Part shown: one piece after another, positions 1 through 14,951 of the stretch
Layout of the letters: each line of letters begins with the position of its first letter
How positions within the stretch are numbered: the stretch's first letter is position 1
Assembly: GCF_009914755.1 (NCBI RefSeq)
Contig: NC_060932.1
Length of the DNA: 64,000 nucleotides
Source: the human T2T-CHM13v2.0 reference genome, Homo sapiens
Strand: one strand, 5' to 3'
Made by a program: the position numbers and the translations under genes
Notes under the pieces: model-generated
What the model saw: only the letters and a program-made list of their open reading frames with translations
Databases searched by the model: none
What the model was told of the DNA's origin: nothing

Positions 1-61
1 CAGACTTTTCCCCGGAAGTCAGATGAATAATTTTACATGTAAGTTCTATAACTCAATTCAA

Positions 62-81
62 ACACACACACACACACACAC
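62..81 (+). repeat. (CA)n microsatellite, about 10 units
   Basis: acacacacacacacacacac seen directly. Confidence 0.9.
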
Positions 82-559
82 CCCATCCAATGTCAAAACT
101 GCAAAACTCATAATAGTCATAGTTTCCCAGTGGCACCTTTAAAAACATAGCCTCTTCGGAAACACGATTTTCGGAAACACAATTTCTTTCACCACATAGC
201 TATGGAAATGACCACACTTGAAATCTAAACTGAACATTTTTCTTCAATCTGTAAGTATTCTGTATTTGGACTTCTTCCAAGTTAAAAAAAGGTTTACATG
301 ATAGCTCCTTTATGAGTTGTCTACTTTTCAACATGAGAAGTTAAATTTGATTAATTCATATGAGAACAGATTCTATAACCTCTTTGACCTGCAGAGATAA
401 TTTACTCATCTCTCTTCCACTACTGTAACCTAAGAATGAGCCCTTAGCTCATTAAGCTTCACAAACAAAAACACTTAGGCAGTAATGACCCATTTTACTA
501 TTCTGTTTCTTGCCTCCCTTTCTCTGTATCTCAGTCTTTTTTTTTTTTTTTCATGTATC

Positions 560-960
560 TGTGGTTTCCAAATCTATATTCCTAAATTCCAACTCACTCC
601 TAGATTCCACTTTTAAATTTCCAGCAGCCTTACAGACATCTTCACACAGATATCCCCCTGGGTACCTCAAAGTTGACATGTCCTTAACCATATGATCTTC
701 CCACCGTATTCCTACATGCTTAATGACACCAGTATTCAGGCTGTTAGCCATTCCAGAAACCTCAGAGCCCCTTAGAATCCCCCTATCGCCTTCCCTTTAC
801 CACAGTCTGACCTGTTCTATAGTCTCCATATCTCTCAGTGGCCGCCCCTTTTCGGTCTCCTCCTAGGCCTTATTCAAAGCCCCACTGATCTCTTGCCTGG
901 GATAGTAAATTGCATGATAACTTATCTATAGGACTGAGCTTCTCATTCCATCTTATCCAC
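560..960 (+). mobile_element. L2 LINE relic (degenerate ORF2 3' region)
   Basis: ccaaatctatatt...ttccagcagcctta-gacatctt...cctcaaagttgacatgtcc resembles L2 consensus; boundaries approximate. Confidence 0.55.
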
Positions 961-1409
961 TGCTTTACAATAGTAATTCCAGTTGAGTCACAAACCCTTG
1001 AGGATAGTAATTTCAATTGAGTTGAGCAGAGTAGAATTATGGGAGAATTTCCCTTTGGGGGTCATTTATTCTAGTAATGTTTCCGTTTTTAATAGAAAAT
1101 GTTACTTCTGTGATCATCAGTAAAGACAAAAAATGTACACATTTAGTAAGGTCACAGCACTGGGTCCATGATAGAGTAGAAACCTTTAGCCTTGAACAGG
1201 AGGCCCTTCATTGTGTGTCTCTTAACCACCTTCCAGGCTTTGTTCTTCCTACCCCCACCATCTACTGCCCTTTCTCCATTGTTCTTTTGAGCCTCTATGA
1301 CCTTGCAAACTCTGCTCCCCATTCCTGGAATATCCTTTCAGGTGAACTTTATCTTATTCTCTTTTTCTTTTCTTCCCCAGTGTCCCAAATTTGCTTTGTC
1401 CTAAGAATC

Positions 1410-1522
1410 TCCAGGGTCTAGGGGCACGCAGCACACCAAATCCATCAGAATCTCTAGGGCAGAAATCTTAGAAACTGGATTTTGTTATCCAGGTATACTC
1501 AAGCAAGAGTAAGAAACACTGG
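1410..1522. mobile_element. MER5-type hAT-Charlie MITE fragment
   Basis: atcagaatctctagggcag...gtaagaaacactgg resembles the MER5 core and TIR. Confidence 0.45.
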
Positions 1523-1843
1523 CCTCAAAAACACTCGAGAGACAATGGGAAAGAAAATTTCAATTCCTATGTCCATGTTGTCTTAAACATCACATCTTCT
1601 AACTTTATGATCAATGCTTGTGATTCTCTTCAGAATGTTTTCCAGAATAATCTAAGGAAAATGTCTGTGGGAAACAAAACAGCTGCCACTGAACCTCAAC
1701 ATTTATCTGTATGCATTATGTCAAGGCGTGGGAGGGGGATGTACGTGTGCACAGAAATTCACACAAACACACAGGGTCACATGTATCTGAAAATGCCAAT
1801 GTCTGCCCTCGAGTACCTTACAATTTGCAGGTAAAAAGATTCC

Positions 1844-1974
1844 TTTTTTTTTTTTTTTTGAGACACGGTCCTGCTCTGTCATTCAGGCTGGAGTGCAGTG
1901 GTGCAATCACAGCTCACTGCAGCCTTGGTCTCCCAAAGTTCTGGGATTACAGGTTTGAGCCACCACACCCAGCC
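1844..1974 (-). mobile_element. AluJ-type element with large internal deletion (both ends retained)
   Basis: polyT, right-arm end (gagacacggtcctgctctgtc...cactgcagcct) joined to left-arm start (tcccaaagttctgggattacagg...cccagcc); TSD aaaagattcctt/agaagattcttt. Confidence 0.85.
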
Positions 1975-2293
1975 AGAAGATTCTTTATAGCACTCCCCTC
2001 TTATGACAAACTGAGAAAGAGAAATTAATGTGTTTTCTCTTGCACACACACACACTTTGATGATGTGTCTGCTTCCAGGCAGCAGGAACATATACTATAG
2101 AGTATGCTTTATACAGTTTCACACATTAGGCAAAATCAAATATAAAGTTCTCCACTGAAAACCGAAAGACTCAAAATCTATTATCTTATTTATGATTAAC
2201 TTGCTAAATATTTTGGGTGAGTTAGTTCCAGCCTTTTCACTTTCCTCCTGTAAAGTTTTTAATTCTAGATCTTTCTTTGTATCAACAAGAGTG

Positions 2294-2605
<312 letters not shown>

Positions 2606-3061
2606 TGAAAGTAAGTTCAAAATTAAGGATTTGAGTTCTGAGTTCCAAAATTATTTTGTTTTAAAGTGGGAAAGGGGGTAGATATCCTAATGGCATTTAA
2701 AACACAAAATATATGAAAAGGCAAAAACGTTGAACAGTGGGTAAATGACTAAAATAACAACTAACACTGGAGGTATATTGGCTCCCTTAATGGATAAAAT
2801 ATAAATTCAATTGAAGTCAAAGGATATTTGCCTATTTGTGGAGCACGTCTTCTGTCCCAGTGACTGTGCAGAATCCCTGTAGAGTCCAATGACCTCCAAG
2901 CATCTGACTCTGGTTAAGCATGGTCCCCCAGACCTCCTCTCTGCTAGCTGACTAATGAAACCTAGGTGGCTTTAATTTTAATTTAAAAACAGCTCAGGTC
3001 AGCTGCACCTCCTACTGCCAAAGCTGTATCTGTTGAGGACCTGTGACTAGAACACCTGACT

Positions 3062-3210
3062 CTAATAACAGCACTTACCATTTACCAAGCACTTGGACCC
3101 TGTGTTTATCTTGTCTCCTTGTAACAACTCCGAAGGGCAGACATTACTTCTCCCATTTGCTGAGAGAAAATCCAAGGAGAGAAGCTGAGCTCTGAAGTAA
3201 TACTGTCTCA
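3062..3210 (-). mobile_element. MIR relic
   Basis: aataacagcacttaccatttaccaagcactt...aacaactccgaagggcagacattacttctcccattt. Confidence 0.6.
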
Positions 3211-3449
3211 CTTTAAGCCATAAACTCTTCATTAAACTACATCTAAAAGATCCTAATACACCTGGCCACTCACTGCCTGCACTGATTTCAGAAAAAGGTC
3301 TTTTGTACATGCACCATGGCCTGAACATGGCGTCTGTTCCTCTTTTCCTATAGATCCAACATCTCACAATGTCTGTTCCTCTTATCATATGGACTATTCA
3401 TTTCTGGCATAGAACTCACTATGGTCTGAAACAATTTTTTGAATTTCCT

Positions 3450-3600
3450 ATATTATTTGTCTACCTTATCCCACACAGACGCACTCCAACAAGAAGAATG
3501 TAGGTCCCCTCAGGGCAATAATTTCAAATTTCTAATTCACTCCACTGTATCCAGTCACCTGGGACACTCAGCATAATAAACGTTTGTAAGGATGAATGAA
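3450..3600 (+). mobile_element. L2 3' end
   Basis: gaatgtaggtcccctcagggca...actgtatccagtcacctgg...aataaacgtttgtaaggatgaatgaa. Confidence 0.6.
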
Positions 3601-3671
3601 GACCTCAACAGGTTTTGTGCCATCATCTAATTCTGAACAGTGGAAGTATACTTTTTACAAAGTGTATGTAG

Positions 3672-4043
<372 letters not shown>

Positions 4044-5109
4044 TAAGATCCAGAAGGTACAATGAAAAGACCACCGACTGGTACTATCAACATGCCAGAA
4101 GAGTGAAAATTTTTGAAGAAAATGCTGATGAATTATTTTTACTGATCACCCAAGCAGGCACCAATAATTCATGAATTCATAATTCATAAGACATGAATTA
4201 TGAGTGAAGATGAAAGGGTTTAAAAAATCCCTTCCAGTTGAACTGGTGGGATGAACTACTGACTGAGCAGGCCTGATGATTTCTTCCAGGAATAAATAAA
4301 TAAACAAGTACATAAACAAAATAAAGCCACTACAGTAGAAAGGCAGAGAATAGCACTTCTCCTAAGTCCATGTAAGCATTTTGACTTTGAATTTTCATTC
4401 TGAAGTGTGGCTATGATTCAAAAATTCTGTGAAAGCGTAACAACCCAAAAAACATACAGTCCTGCAATGTTGAAATTGCTGTTTAATGAAGAAGCTTTCT
4501 GGCTCATAAAAATCTCAAATGAGAAGCAGAAAGGCCCAGTGTTTGACCTCTGGAACTTTCCTTCTCATTATGGTGAGAAACCTGATTTTGGTGTATTTTT
4601 TTTTTAACATTATTTTTAACAAACTGCTCTGTAGTTCAAAAAAGCCTGCTGGCCTAATTACCAGTCCGCAAACCACAGATTCATACTAACGCCTTTTGCA
4701 ATTCTCTCTTCCTCTGTCTTTGTTTCTCAGAAATGGGAATCCCAAGTGTATTTAAAGTGATGAAAAGTTGTAAAAAACCAGGTAGCTATTTTGGTTACCT
4801 GGGAGATGGGGTGGGAAGAAATTTGAGGTATCTGTTTGGGTTCTTGATTATTTTGAACATGTTTCACACCTTCATTATCTCCTGTGCTTTGTCTATGTTT
4901 TTGCCTTGCTTCCATAAATTGGATAGCAAACCTACTGGGCCAGTGTCATCTTCAACTCTGTCAGTGGACATTTCCTTTGTGCTTCCTTCAAGAACACCCA
5001 TGCTACAATTGCAACAAGGCAGACAACAGTGGGGTCCTTCTAGATCCAAAGACCACTGATATGTCTGTGGGACACCATCCAAAGGTCATCTCCTCCCTCA
5101 GCTAAGCTC

Positions 5110-5260
5110 CTGCAGCTTCTATTAAAACACTTACCACATTCTACCCCATTTCCAAAAGTTTTATCTCCTCCAGCAGGCAATAAGCTCCCTGGGCAGGGAA
5201 CTTTCTTATTTCTCACCATTTGGTGCACAAGGTCTTAGAAAATGTTTGCGAATGAGATGA
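5110..5260 (+). mobile_element. L2 3' end
   Basis: taagctccctgggcagggaact...aaatgtttgcgaatgagatgaa. Confidence 0.55.
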
Positions 5261-5714
5261 ACTGCCCTTGTTTAATAAAAAGCAGCAATTGTTCACGTCA
5301 GTTCTGTCAGTTAAGCTACTAAATTTCCAACTCTAGGGTCAGTCTAGACTCAGGTCCAACCCAAGAGACAAGGTTCATGCCTGAACCACAAGCTCTCTAA
5401 TCCGTCAGCTTCAGAGTCACATTACTGCAGGGGACCCAATTCTCATCAAATCAAGCTTTGCCAGTAGATGGAATTAGGAGAGGTTAATACACACATTGTT
5501 GCAAATGTACAAAATACAAAGCCACTTTTAAACATTACCTAATTTATTATAAAATTTTTATCCACAACAAAGTAGAGAATGACCAGAAGGATCTAGGTGG
5601 AACAGTCTACAACTTTAAAAAGGAGTCCTCAAGTCTGAAAAAGTCATTAAAAAGAAGTCCTCAAGTCTAAAACAGATAGGACGTTCTTTCTCTAACTAGG
5701 CATCAGAAAGCAGA

Positions 5715-6045
5715 GATGGTGCAGGGTAACGAGTCCAGACTTTGAAACCCTACAGTCTTCATCTCCAACTCCCATATACAACCAGTATGACTTGGTCAAA
5801 TTACTCTGCATGTGATTAATCCATTTAAAATCCAGCACCTAGTAAGTGCCAGGCACCTTTTGAGGCATGGGGAATACAGCAGCAAACAAATGGATAAGGT
5901 GCCTGCCCCAAAACAATAGGAGTAGGGATAATAATAGTATCTTACCCATAGGATATTATAAGAAGTCTATACCGAGTATTACAGGTGAAGCCCTTAGCAC
6001 AGTGTCTGGCCCATGCATCGTGTTCCTCAATAAATAGCTAATACT
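5715..6045 (+). mobile_element. MIR apparently split by an antisense L2 tail fragment (~5815-5910)
   Basis: MIR head cagactttgaaaccc...tatgacttggtcaaattact; MIR tail gggataataatagtatcttacccatagg...cttagcacagtgtctggc...ctcaataaatagcta; insert agcacctagtaagtgccaggcac...aatacagcagcaaacaaa. Confidence 0.6.
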
Positions 6046-6064
6046 TAAAGCAGAGGTCAGTTTA

Positions 6065-6670
<606 letters not shown>

Positions 6671-6735
6671 TCAAGAAGTCAACAACAAAGGAGCTCAATC
6701 AGAGGGCTTATAAGTCTTTCCCAAATCCACCTTGG

Positions 6736-7102
<367 letters not shown>

Positions 7103-7129
7103 TAGGCATGTTCTCCTGTGTTCTCTTTG

Positions 7130-7460
7130 TCCTGAAATACCTGGTATATTTCCATTCAACTTATATCTCCATTCATACTTAAAGACCAAGTTCGTACAAC
7201 ACCATGTCCAAAACCTTCCTGAACTCCAAGATGGACAGTTGCTCCTTCTCACCTCTGCCCACCTATACATTCAACACAGCCTCATCTGTTGAATCAGTCT
7301 CACTTGTTTTATGTTCATTCTGTCATTAGATTACCCTGCTTGTATGCCTAACACCAAATTAAGAGCAGAAGGCATAGCTCAATTATTATCTCACTCCCTT
7401 ACAAAGAAACTTTTGAGCCCCAACTCTATGGCGCACTCTGTTTAATGTGCTAGCATATGG
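7130..7460 (+). mobile_element. L2 relic
   Basis: cattcatacttaaagaccaagttc...aaccttcctgaactcc...aagagcagaaggcatagctc. Confidence 0.45.
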
Positions 7461-8599
7461 CAATGAACTCAGCAGTCTCAAATGCGTGCTCTATGGGACT
7501 TCCATCCTAGGGAGGAAATGTTCCTCTCCTCTTTCCACTACTGTTCTCACCAGATCAGCCTGCCCACCCACAACAAGAATTCCAGGCACACAGAGCAGTT
7601 GTGTGGGGCAGGTTTTCATGAATAAATAAATCCCCTTCACTTTTCAGTTCTTTGAAGTGTGAAGCAAAACCAAATGCCTGAAGCCATTACAGTCCACGTG
7701 GGCCATGGCCACGAAGTTCTACCCTGTATGCCACTGCCTTGGCGATTCAGTGCCCTATTTTTAAAACGAAGAGACACTTTATTCATCAAAATCCAAACTT
7801 GATACCTGCAGGGAATGGGACAGAATTATTTCCTAGGAAAGAGACCTACTCAGCCAAGAAAAACTACACTTCCAAAGTCCCTATCCAGAGTTTTCTCCAC
7901 GAAGCTTCCACAGACTAATGCCATCACATGTGACTTTTTTTCTCACACTGAAGTATCTTGGCACATTTACACAGCCCACATCACATGAGCCCTCACTTAT
8001 TTATATGCTGCCTTAGCATCATGTCCACTAAGGGTAACCTCATTAGAACAAAAGATAGTTGATCACCCAGGAAATTGCAAGGGATTTGGGAGCTCTGTGT
8101 AAGATATTCTCCTCCAACTCCAATGCAGACACAGTGATTATGGAAAACTCATTCTGCAGTCATAACACCTCACACAATGTGAACACACACCAGGCACTCA
8201 GTAAGTGCTTGTTATGTTTTATTTCTAGGAAAAGTTTTTACTCCTTACACCTCCACTACTGGGAGGAGGAGAGACCAAATCTATGCCAAAAAACAGGTAA
8301 AAGTCCAACTCACTTCCAGAAAGGGAATGAAACAAAATTTCCAAGAAATACCATCTACAGAATAATAACAATATTGGCCACGTGGAGCTTTCCATGATCT
8401 CATCAACTCTTTTTAAGTCTATTAAAAGTCAATATATACCTTATTTACATCAGCTCATTGTGTAGAGTTGTGATCTTAATTGGCCCTTCAAAAATTCTGC
8501 TTTGCCAGTGTCTCTTTCTTACCTTAAGATAATCGCAGTTAAACATCAGGGTTACGTATAACGCCGACTGAAATGGATTTTTTGTTCCCCTTTAGCTAA

Positions 8600-9397
<798 letters not shown>

Positions 9398-10244
9398 TAA
9401 AGCATTTACTATCTGGCGCTTCACAGAAAAAGTTTGCCAACCTCTAGTCGATACTATATAAGCAAAGATAAGACGTAAGTCTCAGCAACCTTCTAAAAGG
9501 CTCAACCATATCGTACACAAAGTACAGTGCTTTCAACAAAACAAAAGCTTTCTAATGACCTTAAAACTCTAGAGTAGGAACAGTCCTTGCCAGTCATCTA
9601 CCTTCTGTTTCTGAATTCTGAGTCGAGCCCAGCGTTAGTAAATGTCTCATTACTCTAACTCCCACTTAGAAATAAATATACTCAGGATATTAGAAATATT
9701 TATTGCTCGCAGAACTGTCTGGTAATAAAGAAACTGCCCCATCACTCAAACAGCAATAGAAGATTTATCGATTTCCTATGCAAAGTATTCTACTTAGACC
9801 TAAACAAACTAGGGGAAGAAAGCACAAGTTCAACATAAAAGACAGATGGGATGGTAGCAGTGGTGTGAGCCTTTCTTCATTCACGCTCTCAAACCAGTAA
9901 AAGTTAGATATAGAGAGGTCCCTCATCCCCAAATGTGCAATCTGGGGCATGTGCGTATTAACAACATAGAATGTGGCACTGCATTGCTTGCAATGAAGGC
10001 TGCAATATAACTTTACCCAAAACCTAATTCATCATCCTTTTCCCTTTAACAATCAGCCTCTTCTATGTCATCCATCGTGAATGTTACCACCAAGACTAGA
10101 AGCTTCCATCACCACCCTCCTCCCACCTGCCACCACATATACATAATACGTATCTGAGTCCTCACACCAAATGCCTTCCTCTTTCTATTGCAGCTGCCTT
10201 CTTACTAGATAAGGGTCCCGGGCTCTCTGGATGGACTGGATGTC

Positions 10245-10548
10245 TTTTTTTTTTCTTTTCTTTTTTGAGACAGAGTCTCACTCCATCACCCAGGCTGGAG
10301 TGCAGTGGCATGATCTCAGCTCACTGCAACCTTCAACTCCCAGGTTGAAGCGATTCTCATGCCTCAGCCTCCTGAGTAGCTGAAATTAGAGGCACATATC
10401 ACCACACACAGCTAATTTTTGTATTTTTAGTAGAGACAGGGTTTCACCATGTTGGCCAGGCTGGTCTCAAACTCCTGGCCTCAAGTGATCCGCCAGCCTC
10501 AGCCTCTTAAAGTGCTGGGATTGCAGGCATGAGCCACCGTGCCCAGCC
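10245..10548 (-). mobile_element. AluS (Sz-like)
   Basis: Full Alu; TSD gatgtctttt. Confidence 0.95.
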
Positions 10549-11531
10549 TAGATGTCTTTTTTTTTTTTTCTTTTTGCCTAACTAGGGTCTTGGGGTATCA
10601 ATGTCTCCCACTCCATTTCCTGCTCATCTTCCAGGACTGGGTCTAGTTTCCCATTCACACACCTCTGTGGCTCCTCCCTGGTTACCTAATTCTTGACTCT
10701 GTCAATTTAAGGAGCAGCAGATAAGGCTTAGTAACTTACTATTGATGGTTTGGATCCATGAGCATCAGCTAAGGCCTGCTGGAAAGCTTCAGGCAACGCA
10801 CAGAGCACAGCAGCTCACCAGGACTGACCCTCACACTGGGCCCGGTGGTGTGCACTCCACCAGCACTAACTCGTCATGTCTCTCATCAAAAAATTTGGCA
10901 TGTCCACTGTGCCAACAAAGTCCTGGAGACCAGGAGGGCTCAAGCACTGGCCAGAGTTCTGTGGGTAGGAAGCGGTGGGGCAGGAACTCAAACCAAGGCA
11001 GTGACTGCAGAGCTCACACTCCACACCACCTCACTCTGCCTCTGCTGCCTCTGAATTCCCTAATACTTTGTATTCCTCTGAAGTGACTTTTAGAAAATTA
11101 AACCTAGAATTACATTTATATACTTCCCTTCTAAAATTGAAAACTCCTGGAGGGTAGTGGTCTAGTTTTATTAATCTGTAAACCTCCCCAAATACCCAAC
11201 CTGGTACCCAGCTGGAACTAAATGACGAACAAAGGGGTAGTCCCTCCTCCAGGAAGTATAATGGAAGAATGAAAAAGAAAAGATCGTGCAGAAAATCCAT
11301 CAACAGAATACCCCTATGGGGTCTTTCTTTGTGGTCTGTTTATACCCCAACATATATTCACCAAGACTTCCTGAAAATAATTTTGAAGAAACAAAGACCA
11401 TGAAAAATTAGCTGCCAGATTTGGAATGGTGTGTTTCTGTGGAGGAGGGGCAGGAACTAAAGGAATGGCCACATAGAGCGACCAGATTTCCTAAGGAGGG
11501 TAATTCATTTTACTCCAAAAATGGGGTAAAG

Positions 11532-11646
11532 CAGTGGTTCTCAGTCTGGCTGTGCATTAAAATCGCCTGGGGAAGTTTTAAAAATCGCCATGCCCAAGCC
11601 AACTAAATCCAACTCCAGGGGAGGGTCCAGGCAAGTGTGTTTTCTG
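11532..11646. mobile_element. MER5A-type hAT MITE fragment
   Basis: cagtggttctcagtctggctgtgcattaaaatcgcctggggaagttttaaaaat. Confidence 0.75.
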
Positions 11647-11659
11647 AGGTAAGAAGAGC

Positions 11660-11940
11660 TGGAGTGAAGGAACCTGCATTGGAATTCTGACTCCACTAAT
11701 TACTAATAACGTGACCTTGGGCAAGATACTCCCCCCCATGCATCCTTTTTCTTCAGCCCAGAACAATCCCTTACTAGCTATGTGACCTTGCAGCTCAGTT
11801 TCCTTTCGTGTAAAATGGAAATCATAATAGTACTTAACCCTCTTAGGTTTATTTTAAGCACTAAATAAGGATACATCAAAGTTCTTAGAACAGGGCCCAG
11901 GACATAGAGAGCACTCAATCAACGTTAGCTACTTTTATCA
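11660..11940 (+). mobile_element. MIR (two adjoining fragments)
   Basis: gtgaccttgggcaag; cttactagctatgtgaccttg...ctcagtttcctttcgtgtaaaatggaaatcataatagtac...cactcaatcaacgttagct. Confidence 0.8.
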
Positions 11941-12131
11941 TCAAAGGTACAGTGAGTTTACAATACTTGCCTCCCAAGCTAAGGACTAAATACAAAGTAC
12001 TTGATATAAAAAGTACCTAATAAATGGTGCTCTCTTTTCCCATCCATACATCTCACTCACAATTATCTCTGAATATGTGATCGAACCTGAAGGCCTTCAG
12101 GATAGAGAAAACTAATTCCCCAACACTCACT

Positions 12132-12248
12132 TGGGGATGCCAGATAAAATACAGAGCATACTTAATACGAAAAAATATCTGCTATTTATCTGAAATTGAA
12201 ATTTAACTGGATGCCCCATAGTTCTCTTTGCTAAATCTGGCAACCCTA
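12132..12248. mobile_element. MER53 MITE, internally deleted
   Basis: ggatgccagataaaatacag...tttatctgaaattgaaatttaactgga...gctaaatctggcaacccta with TIRs. Confidence 0.8.
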
Positions 12249-12317
12249 CATTCACCTGTCACCTACATTTAGGCTACAAGTAAAGTGGGAGGCAGAGTCT
12301 AGTCCATGGAGGCACCA

Positions 12318-12493
12318 CAATCAATCAATCAATCAATTAATCAATCAATATCTAGCATGGTGATGCACACCTGTAATCTCAAGCTGGAGAATTGCTTGAA
12401 TCCGGGAGGCAGAGGTTGCAGTGAGCAGAGATCATACCACTGCACTCTGGCCTGGACAACAGAACAAGAATTAATATTAAAAAAAAAAAAAAA
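12318..12493 (+). mobile_element. (TCAA)n tract followed by a partial Alu right arm
   Basis: caatcaatcaatcaat then gcatggtgatgcacacctgtaatc...gaggcagaggttgcagtgagc...polyA. Confidence 0.85.
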
Positions 12494-14734
12494 TCAGTAC
12501 CTGGGAACTCCCTAGGTTTGCTCCCTGGAAGCCATAAGACATCTTACTACAATTCATAAGCAGCTCTCCAGCCTTCCTACATAGGGCAAGTCAATGCATT
12601 GTTCAGATGAACAAAACACAGGAGGAAACTACTCAAAGGCAACAGAGGGCAAGAAGAGAGAAACCTTTCCTAAAGTGACCTCTCCATTTTGCAGTCACTT
12701 ATCAAACACCTAAATCAAGTGAACAGGAAGATTTGAACAGAAACCTTTGCCTCCTGGTGGAACACACACTCCAACCATCCCACAAGGCAAAAGCCTGGCT
12801 ATAAATTATTTAGCCCTATAAAAGATCAATACCAAAACCCAAAGCCATGTTATAGGCTTCAAAAGTCCTATGCCAGATAGGTCTCTAAGGTATCACCTGT
12901 TTATTTGTTGTTGTTGTTAATTTTATTTTAACCCTCCCTTTCCAAAAAAGCTAAGTTTATTTTACCCTTTCAAATCAATTTTTTTTCCCATTAGAAGAAA
13001 GGCAGAAATAACAGACCCATCAGAAAAACAACATTCCAGAAACCTATTTTAGAGGGTATTTACTTTGCATTCCCAGAGCAAGATCCCTGGAGAAATGTTA
13101 AGTTTTGAACTATGTCTACTATAATATTTGTATATGTGTAAAAAACTGAAGATTAAAAATATAGAAGTTAAGAAGCATTAAGAGCCAATGAGTCAGCCAG
13201 ATCTATGAGTGGAATTAAATTAGCACTAGATTGTTCACTGATTATCACAAACAGTGAAAGCTCTCCTGCAAAGACATGTTTTCCAGTTCACTTGGTTAAT
13301 CCCTTCTGAACAAGGATCCAAGGAATGAATATTATTTATCCAATGGCAAGCTACACAAATTAATCACACCCAAGCACCATGCTGACAGCCAAACACAATC
13401 TATAAAATTCCAGACTATCGTCATAAGCCAATAACAAGAACTAAAGCTCTGATACCCACTCCCCCCAGAAGAAATCCCAAATTGTAAAAGGTTTGAAATG
13501 ACACTCCCACATCCATTTACAGCCAACTATTTCAGACTGGTTAGATCACATAAAAATATTTTTAAAAGAAAAAAAACAGGTAGAAGTTAATTTTTTCTTT
13601 ATATATATTTCAATGGCTACAAAATAAGCTAATTTTTTAACAGCAAGAAAATTAAAAAGGCAAATGGGCATATCATTCATGGATTTGTGCAAAATTCACA
13701 TTAAAACCCACACTGCAATAATAAGCACATAGCATCAGCATAATCTCCAGTTTACTTAGCTGTGCTACCACATATATTAGTAACCTAAATGTAACCTATA
13801 AGTGGGTTTGTTGATTTTTTTCTACAAACAGCAGAAACTAACTCATTTTCCTGAATAAGCAGCAGATTCAGACAGCAACCCACAGAACCCAGAATTTGTT
13901 GGCAAAGCTCCGACTTTGCAAGGTGGCTAATAACACATGGAAAAGAGACAGCACAAAGGGAAAGGGGGCCAGAAGGACAAGAAATGCCCCATTCATGGTG
14001 CCCTGCATCCCTGGCACGGTCTATTTGAATGCTGCTCTTATGAGGCTGCCAGCTTTGAAAGTAAAAAAGAGAAAAAAAATATGTGTAACTTAAGTCAGAA
14101 AGAAGGGAGTTCTCTGTTTGCTGTTCTTGCTAAGAGACTAAAGAAGACATTGCCAATAAACCTTCATCTTCACGCAGGGAAGCTTTTTCTTTCTTTCTGG
14201 CCAAGGGAAGATTCAGTTTAGAAAGCAACCACATCAGCTTAACAAGAAGTGTGTTAATGGGGGAAAAACCACAGTTCTGAAGCTGGCGAAGGCAGCCCCA
14301 CGACCGCCAGGGCTCCCTCGCTGACTGTCTCGGAGGCACAGGCTGCACAGGGCTCAAAATGTCACCTGTGAACCCCTCCAGCAGAAGTCACTGCTCTGTG
14401 TTACTCTCATGGAGCAATTTCTCTGAAGTTCCCCCAAATGATGATTGCCTGGTGTGTCCTTCTTTTATTCAAGGTCAAGACCAATTCTATATACCCATTC
14501 ACCTTAAGGTAAAATGACATTTCACAGGGCTAAACGCCACCAGTTTATGGAGGAAAAGACACTAAATAAAGGAAGGTAGAGAGAGAGAGACATGGGTTTT
14601 TGTCTCTCCGGCTATTGTCAGACTTGCAAAGGGTATTTTTCACTCCAGTTCTGTGTGAACAGAGGACCTGAGGTAAGGCAATGAACCCGAAATATTTGTA
14701 ACCTGGAGAGGGAAAGATACCAGCACTGGCTGAA

Positions 14735-14915
14735 TATCTGTGAGGTATTTGGCAGCATGCTATACATGTATAGATGCTTTACACTCATTATCTCATTTCG
14801 TCCTCACCCAAACCTTCTAAGGTGGAATAATAATGTGTAATAGTTGCAGCTCTGAGGAAACCAAGACATAACATGGACTCTGTACTGCCTGATTCTAAAG
14901 GCTGTGCTCTTTCTA
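14735..14915 (-). mobile_element. MIR relic
   Basis: atgctttacactcattatctcatttcgtcctcac...ctgcctgattctaaaggctgtgctcttt. Confidence 0.7.
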
Positions 14916-14951
14916 TTACTGATGATTATTCATTTTCGATCTGCCTCCCAG

